Shown in pieces: positions 57,547-64,000 of a stretch of DNA of 64,000 bases (positions within the stretch are counted from its first letter, which is position 1; each line of letters starts with the position of its first letter). Source of the DNA: Blastocatellia bacterium (GTDB taxonomy: Bacteria > Acidobacteriota > Blastocatellia > RBC074); NCBI GenBank assembly GCA_016789725.1, contig JAEUQN010000001.1, positions 78,588 through 142,587 on the forward strand, read 5' to 3'. A model generated the notes under the pieces. The model saw only the letters and a list, made by a program, of their open reading frames with translations. It was not told the origin of the DNA and searched no databases. Both the position numbers and the translations under genes were made by a program.

Positions 57547-58332
57547 ATGCAACTCTACAGCCAACTCATTGATGGCTCGCATGCAGAAACGATTCTGTTC
57601 ATTCCCGGCCTCACAGGGTCGCACACTTGCTGGGATGAGCATTTTCAAGCTCTGAGCCGCAACTACAATCTGCTGTTGCTTGATACGCTCGGCTTTGGTC
57701 ATTCGCCGAAACCGGACATCGCCTACTCGCTGGATGACCATTTGCACGCTCTGAGTGAGACATTGGAAAGATGGCAGGTGCAACAGACACACTTGGTTGG
57801 GCATTCGATGGGATGTTTGTTGGGCTTGGCATTTGCGCAACGGTATCCCGAACGAATCGGAAAACTATGTTTGCTGGCTTTGCCCTGGTTTCAAAACGAA
57901 CAGGAAGCGCGGGAGAGCATCAGTCACAGTTCGCTCTTTAATCGCTGGCTGGCGATGGATAGCTCACTCGCACATGCGGCCTGTACGTTGATGTGTGCCT
58001 TGCGCCCCTGGCTGTTACCGATCATCCCACATCTGGTCAGAGATGTGCCGCCGATGGTCGCTCAGGATGCGCTGCGCCATACTTGGTATTCCTATTCGAG
58101 AACGTTACAGCATGTGATCTTTGCGGCGGAAACCTCCAAATGGATGGCAGAAATCTCGCATCCGCTGCTGTTGATCCACGGGAGGCGAGATACGACGGCT
58201 CCGCTTGAGAATGTGAAAACCCGGCTGGCTTCAACACACCCTGCGGAACTGATCGAATTAGATGCTGATCACGGCTTGATCTTCACGCATAGCCAGACGA
58301 TTGCCACCAGAATAGCGGAGTTCATTCCCTGA
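57547..58332 (+). CDS. alpha/beta hydrolase
   Basis: GHSMG nucleophile elbow (LVGHSMGCLLG). 261 aa. Confidence 0.6.
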   Translation: MQLYSQLIDGSHAETILFIPGLTGSHTCWDEHFQALSRNYNLLLLDTLGFGHSPKPDIAYSLDDHLHALSETLERWQVQQTHLVGHSMGCLLGLAFAQRYPERIGKLCLLALPWFQNEQEARESISHSSLFNRWLAMDSSLAHAACTLMCALRPWLLPIIPHLVRDVPPMVAQDALRHTWYSYSRTLQHVIFAAETSKWMAEISHPLLLIHGRRDTTAPLENVKTRLASTHPAELIELDADHGLIFTHSQTIATRIAEFIP

Positions 58333-58452
58333 AATGTGATGCGAAATCAATCCGCCCTCATCATGCCCCTCTCCCTTAATCGGCAATACAGCAATCTGCC
58401 CCGTGCAGCCGCACGTGAATGGACTCTTGCGATTCACGGGCACAAGAATTCG

Positions 58453-59568
58453 TTATCGGTATAACTCTTGTGACGAAAACTCTTTCTTGCGACATTCTGC
58501 CATCGGGTCTTCGTCGGCACAGCAATCAATAACCGTCTCCTGCGCTATTGTGGGCGATTCATTCGCCGCAATAACTGAGAGATTCTGGCTTGAAGAGTTC
58601 CCGGCATAATAGCCTGTGCGAGTGCGCACGATAGTGCGCTTGGCCGTTAAAGGTGCCTCGACTTCAACTTTGAGGCGATGCCATTTTCCATCAGCGGTCG
58701 GATTTGAAGGAGTGTAGCCGATAGAATATTGGCGGCGCAGTTCCAGCGCGATTTGCTCGAAATCCTCACTCATTTTCTCGTCATTGCGCGGGAAGAATGA
58801 TTTTCCGCCCGACACCGTAGCGAGTTTATCCATCACACTTCCACCATTGCTGCGTGGTAGCAACGGGCCAATCAGGATTGTGTAGATTGTCACGCCTGCC
58901 TCTTGCACTTTCCGTCGCACTTGCCCGAAATCGGTACGAGAATGATTGTCTTCCCCGTCACTAATGACAATTAAAGCACGCTTCGCGTACCTACCGCGCG
59001 CGACGGCTTCCAGTCCGAGTATGACGGCATCGTAGAGAGCGGTGTTCCCTTTCAGCTTAACGTTGCCAAATTGCGAGAGCAGCGCCTCGCTGTCGCGCGT
59101 TTTATCCAGCAGCAGTTTGGCCGTGTCACTGAAACTAATAAGCGAATATTCGTCTTCCGGGTGGCTGGTTTGGATGAAGCGCGCGAGCGCATTCTTGGCG
59201 CGCAGGATTTTATCTCCGGTCATTGAGCCTGAGACATCAAAGACAATGCCCACGGAGGCAGGCGCGTCACGGTCACTGAAGTAGCTGATCTCCTGTCGGA
59301 CACCGTCGTCGTATACGGTGAAGGCCGTAGGGTCGAGTCCTGGCACATACTGCCCCTCTTTATCTGTCACGGTCACAGCAAAGGAAACCAGCTCAGTGCT
59401 AATCACAACGCGACTGTCATTCTCTAAGGCTGATGCTTTCGGCGCGATGGCAGCGGCTCCGCTGCTCGACTGCGCCACCAGTGGTTGCGGCATGGCAAGT
59501 AGAGATGCGAAAGCGAGAAGAACAGTGACGAACGCAGTTCGCCACAAAACAGGTAACGGTGTGTTCAT
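58453..59568 (-). CDS. secreted VWA domain protein
   Basis: Signal peptide. MIDAS motif VGIVFDVSGSMTG. Confidence 0.65.
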   Translation of the reverse strand: MNTPLPVLWRTAFVTVLLAFASLLAMPQPLVAQSSSGAAAIAPKASALENDSRVVISTELVSFAVTVTDKEGQYVPGLDPTAFTVYDDGVRQEISYFSDRDAPASVGIVFDVSGSMTGDKILRAKNALARFIQTSHPEDEYSLISFSDTAKLLLDKTRDSEALLSQFGNVKLKGNTALYDAVILGLEAVARGRYAKRALIVISDGEDNHSRTDFGQVRRKVQEAGVTIYTILIGPLLPRSNGGSVMDKLATVSGGKSFFPRNDEKMSEDFEQIALELRRQYSIGYTPSNPTADGKWHRLKVEVEAPLTAKRTIVRTRTGYYAGNSSSQNLSVIAANESPTIAQETVIDCCADEDPMAECRKKEFSSQELYR

Positions 59569-59576
59569 AATGACTC

Positions 59577-60434
59577 CTATTGCTTTGGCGTGGGCGCGGG
59601 ACTTAACCCTATCTTGCGCCCTTGCTCATACACCTTTTTCCAAAGACTTTCGTACTCGACCTCAGTCAGCGGGCGCTTGAGGTCAAAGACGTAGCTCTTG
59701 CCATCCACCCCAAACTGTCCTTCCCAGGTCGCCAGCTCGAACTGATAGCGACCGAGTTGACCGATGTCACGGATGTCTGTGTAGCGCCAGAAGCGCGCGC
59801 CGCCCGTGTCATCCGCGTTGAGAACCATGTATTGCTCATAGACCCGCAGCCAGCCTGACTTCCCGCCGACATGCTGGCGATGGAAGACGGGAATCTCAAA
59901 CAGCAGTCGGCCAGATTCCGTCTCGTTATTTGGGAGAACGCTGGTTTCAATCGGGCGGTGGAAGCGCGCGAGCAGTTGCTGCACCACTTCCGGCGTGATC
60001 TCTCCTTCACGCAGACGAAAGAGGTAATCGTGTTCGGAGCCGGTGCGCATTGCTTTGCCGTCCGTGAACGGCGCTTTGCGCGGGATGAGCGGGAGGCGCG
60101 ACGCTTCGTAAACTGTCACCCGCAATTCATCCCGCGCAATGGATAGCCGCTTGATGTCATCGTCACGCCAAGTGCGGCTGTGACGTTCCTCGTCCTTGCC
60201 TTCGCCTTGGAAGGCAATGCCGTTCTCCATAATGCGAAGCTCACCCCGGCCCTGGCCGAGGGCGTGATCGTGGATAACCTTGTAGGTCGGTGACGCGGGT
60301 TGGCTCGGCGGCGGGTTTTGTGCGTTGACACTATTTGCCAACGCACTCCACAACACGGCCAGCAGGAACGGCTGACCGACTTGTCTGGCAATTCTGATCA
60401 TCTTGTTTTGTCCTTCCCAGACGCGGCTGTTCAT
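59577..60434 (-). CDS. secreted hypothetical protein (285 aa)
   Basis: Signal peptide. No motifs. Confidence 0.4.
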   Translation of the reverse strand: MNSRVWEGQNKMIRIARQVGQPFLLAVLWSALANSVNAQNPPPSQPASPTYKVIHDHALGQGRGELRIMENGIAFQGEGKDEERHSRTWRDDDIKRLSIARDELRVTVYEASRLPLIPRKAPFTDGKAMRTGSEHDYLFRLREGEITPEVVQQLLARFHRPIETSVLPNNETESGRLLFEIPVFHRQHVGGKSGWLRVYEQYMVLNADDTGGARFWRYTDIRDIGQLGRYQFELATWEGQFGVDGKSYVFDLKRPLTEVEYESLWKKVYEQGRKIGLSPAPTPKQ

Positions 60435-60787
60435 TCGACAATCAACTTGCCTTTCAGCATGTTCATCCCGCAGGCGAACGTGAACTCGCCCTTGCGCGGC
60501 GTGAATTCCACTGTCACCGGCTCGTTGAGCGGCAACGCGCGGTTGATGTTGTACTCCTTGATGACGATCTCTTTCGCGCAGCCTTCGTCGGTCTTGCGCA
60601 CGAAGGTCACTTTGGCGTGTACACCGGCTTTGAGTTTGAGGCTGCCCGGGTCAAAGCCTTTGCTATTGATCTCGACAGTCGCAGTCTGTCCGTCGTTAGG
60701 CTGCGAGAGAGGTTTGCCGAATACGGCCAGGGAGACTACTGCGAGGAGCAGTGCGCCGATAACGAAAATGGATTTTCTACTGTTCAT
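60431..60787 (-). CDS. secreted cupredoxin-like small protein
   Basis: Signal peptide. Beta-rich with a C-terminal Cys/Met motif (FACGMNMLKG). Confidence 0.4.
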   Translation of the reverse strand: MNSRKSIFVIGALLLAVVSLAVFGKPLSQPNDGQTATVEINSKGFDPGSLKLKAGVHAKVTFVRKTDEGCAKEIVIKEYNINRALPLNEPVTVEFTPRKGEFTFACGMNMLKGKLIVE

Positions 60788-60793
60788 AGTTTT

Positions 60794-61783
60794 TCACCTC
60801 ATTGATTGATTGAAGATGGTTGGTTGATTGGTTGGCCTTCGCGCATCGCCTGCTGCTTGATCGGCCACCTTGAGTAATTGCGCCGCCGCTAGTACCGACG
60901 GCACGTAGTTAATGGTTTCGAGCGGGAGCAGACCGCGCTCCGCCAACACCCGGAAATCACGTGTACCCGCCCGCTGCATCGCCCGTGCCACGCGCCCTTC
61001 GCCTGCGTTGTAGGCCGCCAGCGCGAGTTGCCAATCGCCGAAGAGCGCGTGCAAATCGCGCAGGTAACGCGCCGCCGCCCGCGTGGATTTCTCCGGGTGT
61101 TGCCGCTCGTCCATCCACGCCGTTTGCCGCAAACCATAACGCGCGCCGGTCGTTGGAATGAATTGCCAGATGCCGCGCGCCGATTGCGGTGAAAGTGCTG
61201 CCGCGTTGTAGCCGCTCTCGACCAGGCCGACCGCGAGCAACCATTCCGGTACGCCTTCCTCGCGGAAGATGCGCGCCATCATCGGACGATACGCGGCCAA
61301 TCGCCTTTGCCCGTTCTTCAGCCGCTCGCTGCCGCGCCCTCGGTAATAGTTGAGGTACGCTGCTACTTGCGGAGAGGGGGCTTCACTTGCGCCCAATGTC
61401 GGAGCGGGTTTGGTGGCCCTCTCATCAAGTGCCACGAGTGCTGCCGTGACTTCGCGCAGATACTCGCCGAGCATTGGATCATCGCGCTTCGCATCGCCAT
61501 CGGGGGCTGCCGCCGCGATCATCGCGCCTGCTTGTCGGAATAACTGGCGCGCGGCCTCGCGTTGCCCGACCGCTTGCTTCTGCACGGCCTCACGCCGCAG
61601 CCTGTCGGCCTCGACAATGACGCTTGCAGCGTCGGCAGCGACCGTTACCCGCGCCAGAAAGCGGTCGAGCGATTGGCCGACATCGGCGCTTTGTGCGCGC
61701 ACCATCGCAGCGAAGGCGAGCAAGCCCCCAAGCGCCGCGATGATGCGCGCGGTCTTTTTGTTTACGAGCTTTGATGGCATCAT
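60794..61783 (-). CDS. lytic transglycosylase (SLT domain)
   Basis: [27 protein letters not shown], an SLT active-site Glu-Ser motif plus a GxWQ-type segment. Confidence 0.65.
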   Translation of the reverse strand: MMPSKLVNKKTARIIAALGGLLAFAAMVRAQSADVGQSLDRFLARVTVAADAASVIVEADRLRREAVQKQAVGQREAARQLFRQAGAMIAAAAPDGDAKRDDPMLGEYLREVTAALVALDERATKPAPTLGASEAPSPQVAAYLNYYRGRGSERLKNGQRRLAAYRPMMARIFREEGVPEWLLAVGLVESGYNAAALSPQSARGIWQFIPTTGARYGLRQTAWMDERQHPEKSTRAAARYLRDLHALFGDWQLALAAYNAGEGRVARAMQRAGTRDFRVLAERGLLPLETINYVPSVLAAAQLLKVADQAAGDARRPTNQPTIFNQSMR

Positions 61784-62214
61784 CACTGCACATTGATTGG
61801 GAACATCACGCGCTGGTTCGCGCCGAAGGTCGCCCCGAAATTCCATTTGCCGCGCATCTCAAAATCGCTTTCGACGGTGTAGCGCCCCGGCGTGCCCGAA
61901 GGCGTGGCCGACGCGCCGCCGAGCATGTCGGACATGCCCGGCATCGGCATGCGGGAACTCAGTTTGACTTCGCCGACATCCACTAGTTGATTGTCGGCAG
62001 CTTTGCGGAACTCCAGTGCATATTTGTTCTTGCCTTGCTTCAACTGCCCGTTCTCGGCGAGCAGCGTGACGACATAATCGCCGACGCGCTGCTGCGCGAT
62101 CTGTTTCAGTTCAGCCCCACTGTTACCGGCACTGTTGCCCGTGCTGTTGCACGCCGCCAACGTGATGCCAAACACGACGGCGACTAGCGCCGCCAGCATT
62201 GCTTTCGTTTTCAT
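61783..62214 (-). CDS. lipoprotein with Met-rich motif (possible Cu(I)-binding)
   Basis: Lipobox [16 protein letters not shown] Met-rich segment. Confidence 0.4.
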   Translation of the reverse strand: MKTKAMLAALVAVVFGITLAACNSTGNSAGNSGAELKQIAQQRVGDYVVTLLAENGQLKQGKNKYALEFRKAADNQLVDVGEVKLSSRMPMPGMSDMLGGASATPSGTPGRYTVESDFEMRGKWNFGATFGANQRVMFPINVQ

Positions 62215-62273
62215 GGTTGTGATCTCCTTTGTGATGGCAGAGCCAGACCATCTGACCCGGCCAATTGGTGCGC

Positions 62274-62693
62274 TCATTTTCCTTCCAGTTCTCTGGCCCG
62301 GAAGGTGTGGAACTTCGCCATCTCTTCCGCTTCCTGCGCGGCGCTTGTGGTCGCCTTGATGTACTTCTCGCAGTGCAGCCGCATCTTCCTGATGTAGGGG
62401 TTTTCGCCTGTATCCTTTGGATTTCGAGCGACGCGCTTGCTGAAATCCGCCAGCATCTTCTTGTGCATCTCGATCTCCTGGCGATATTCCGCGGCCTTCT
62501 TCTGGTATCGCTCTGCCAGTTCGTAGTGATCTTTGGCAGTTTGCGGAATCTTCATCTCCTGACTGTGCGTTGCATGATCCTGTTTCGCTTCCTGTCCATA
62601 CGAGGGGGCAGCGAGCGCCAGCAGCAGGCTCAAGGCGCTGATGGCAAGCCAGATCGTTGCCGGGCTGTTTTTGTGTTGGTTGTTTTCAAACAT
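62274..62693 (-). CDS. secreted hypothetical protein (~139 aa)
   Basis: Signal peptide from the MFENNQ start. Helical and charged. Confidence 0.35.
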   Translation of the reverse strand: MFENNQHKNSPATIWLAISALSLLLALAAPSYGQEAKQDHATHSQEMKIPQTAKDHYELAERYQKKAAEYRQEIEMHKKMLADFSKRVARNPKDTGENPYIRKMRLHCEKYIKATTSAAQEAEEMAKFHTFRARELEGK

Positions 62694-62934
62694 GATGTTT
62701 CTCCTTCTTGATGGTTGTGTTTGCAGATGGGAAGACTTCGATAGAAATCTCCCGTGATGTTCGGTTTCGTCATTGCGGCCTCCGCTCGCCTGTTGACGAG
62801 GAAGGTCGGTTGGTTGGCGTCCGTGTGCGGTGCTGATGCGCATACTTGCCGTCAATCGTCTGTTGCAGTTCCGCCATTGATTTACCTTCGTGGTACAGAG
62901 TCATCGCGTCACGCGCGACGTCGAGGCAGATGTC

Positions 62935-63360
62935 TCAGATAAAGCCCATCTCATCCCACTGCAGTTTGCCCTCCGCCGTGCGGCCTTTGACAAAGCAATC
63001 CCGCGCGCTTTTGTGCCCACCACTTTCACAGCCGCAATAGCAGGGCGCATATTCCAGCACCTCAGGATGCCGGGCAGCGAAGGCGTACATGGCGCGCACC
63101 TGATCAAGCGGCCTAGCCGGCGTCTCGGCGGTGGGCAAGGGTGGCCACTTCGCCTCCCAGGCGGTATCTTTCAATGCCTGTTCGGTCATCGGCGGCGTTG
63201 GCTGTGTCTGGGCGGCACTCTCTTTTTTCGGCGCTCGATGAAGGAAGGCGTACAGTGTGACGAGCGCCCCTATCAACAACACGACGAGCGCGAGCGCAGG
63301 CCACATAGGGGGCGCGCTCTTCTGCGGTTTGGTTTTGTTTGGTGATTTCTGCCGATTCAT
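62935..63360 (-). CDS. PCYCGC-motif protein
   Basis: Contains YAPCYCGCESGGH exactly. N-terminal TM/signal. Confidence 0.55.
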   Translation of the reverse strand: MNRQKSPNKTKPQKSAPPMWPALALVVLLIGALVTLYAFLHRAPKKESAAQTQPTPPMTEQALKDTAWEAKWPPLPTAETPARPLDQVRAMYAFAARHPEVLEYAPCYCGCESGGHKSARDCFVKGRTAEGKLQWDEMGFI

Positions 63361-63369
63361 AACTGCTCC

Positions 63370-64000
63370 TTAACTAACTAATTCAGGTTCTTTGAGTTTG
63401 TCCTTTTCCGTTGTCTCTTCGTTCCCTGCATCTGGTTGTGCCGCTGCCTTCTCTGCGCGCCGGATTTCGCGCTCACGCAGCCACAGGAAGATCGCGGGCG
63501 TGACGATCAACACGTGCAGCAGCGACGAAACCATGCCGCCCAGCACGGGCGTGGCGAGCGGCTTCATCACTTCTGCGCCTGTGCGTGTTGACCACATAAT
63601 TGGCAACAGCCCGGCGACCACTGTGGAAACCGTCATCACTTTTGGCCGCAGCCGCAGCAACGCGCCTTCCATCACCGCTTCCCGCAGCCCCGCAAGCGTC
63701 AATGTGCCGCCGAGTTCTTCGCGTTTGCGTGCGACCGCTTCTTCCAAATAAACGACCATCACCATCCCTGTTTGTGTGGCGGTGCCAAAGAGCGCGATAA
63801 AGCCGACCCAGACTGCGACCGAAAAGTTGTAGCCGAGCAGCCAGACCAGCACGACACCGCCCGTCAATGCGAACGGCACAGCCAGCAACACGTGCGCGGC
63901 TTCTTTCACGGAGTGATAGGTGAAGTAGAGCAGCAGGAAGGTGATGGCGAGCGCAATCGGAATGACGATCTGCAACCGTTGCTTAGCACGAATCTGATTT
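63370..64000 (-). CDS. CusA/CzcA-family RND transporter, 3' portion (continues beyond window)
   Basis: The C-terminal ~200 aa carry typical RND TM10-12 and a charged tail. The ORF is open at the window end. Confidence 0.7.
   Translation of the reverse strand, partial: NQIRAKQRLQIVIPIALAITFLLLYFTYHSVKEAAHVLLAVPFALTGGVVLVWLLGYNFSVAVWVGFIALFGTATQTGMVMVVYLEEAVARKREELGGTLTLAGLREAVMEGALLRLRPKVMTVSTVVAGLLPIMWSTRTGAEVMKPLATPVLGGMVSSLLHVLIVTPAIFLWLREREIRRAEKAAAQPDAGNEETTEKDKLKEPELVS

Noticed and set aside
1-64000. CRISPR arrays, rRNA or tRNA genes, integrase/transposase
   Set aside because: I found no regularly spaced direct repeats, no rRNA-like conserved stretches, no obvious tRNA cloverleaf candidates and no recombinase motifs in the ORF translations. 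A proper tRNAscan, Infernal or ISfinder run could still find small elements that I missed by eye.

Overview
High-GC bacterial DNA of two parts. My guess at the host is an Acidobacteria-like or similar environmental Gram-negative, because of a PEP-CTERM-like tail, Czc/Cus RND pumps and ars genes. I found no rRNA, tRNA or CRISPR.

(A) About 1-40.8 kb looks like a conjugative or mobilizable element.
- A VirD4/TraG-type coupling protein operon on the + strand.
- A MobC-like gene and a MobA/VirD2-family relaxase carrying the HxDxxxPHxH motif, on the - strand.
- A co-oriented '-' strand block at 29.9-40.8 kb that resembles a plasmid leading region. It carries SSB, a second OB-fold protein, a macro-domain protein, DUF4326, a standalone GGDEF, a RecD-like SF1 helicase and many small unknowns. 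A 9-bp motif GT[AG]AAAACC recurs about 10 times in one orientation across this block, and it ends with two near-identical UUCG-tetraloop terminators.

(B) The most interesting part is embedded between the coupling protein and the relaxase: a 14.6-kb translationally coupled + strand operon at 4819-19463. It encodes five genes:
- a 364-aa unknown;
- a 2104-aa SF2 helicase with Cys-cluster (DUF1998-like) regions and a C-terminal DUF559/Vsr-like endonuclease domain;
- a 940-aa SNF2-family helicase;
- a 92-aa unknown;
- a 1350-aa gamma-class N6-adenine methyltransferase, whose putative target-recognition segment is visibly AT-richer than the rest of the gene.
This is a DISARM class 1 / Druantia-like gene set (SNF2 + adenine MTase + DUF1998 helicase) in a non-canonical arrangement. 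There is no PLD gene; a fused DUF559 nuclease domain sits where a nuclease would be expected, and there are two unknown accessory genes. I regard it as a candidate undescribed methylation-based defense system carried on a mobile element.

(C) 41.5-64 kb is a metal and metalloid resistance island:
- czcCBA-like RND efflux;
- an ECF sigma factor and a P1B-type ATPase with SPC and HMA motifs;
- an ars cluster: ArsR, an ArsI/CadI-like VOC protein with a vicinal Cys pair, a GNAT, an aquaglyceroporin and a LMW-PTP ArsC;
- periplasmic Cu-associated small proteins: cupredoxin-like, a Met-rich lipoprotein and a PCYCGC protein;
- the 3' part of a second CusA/CzcA pump at the window edge.

All calls rest on motif recognition by eye in the supplied translations. 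I ran no database searches.
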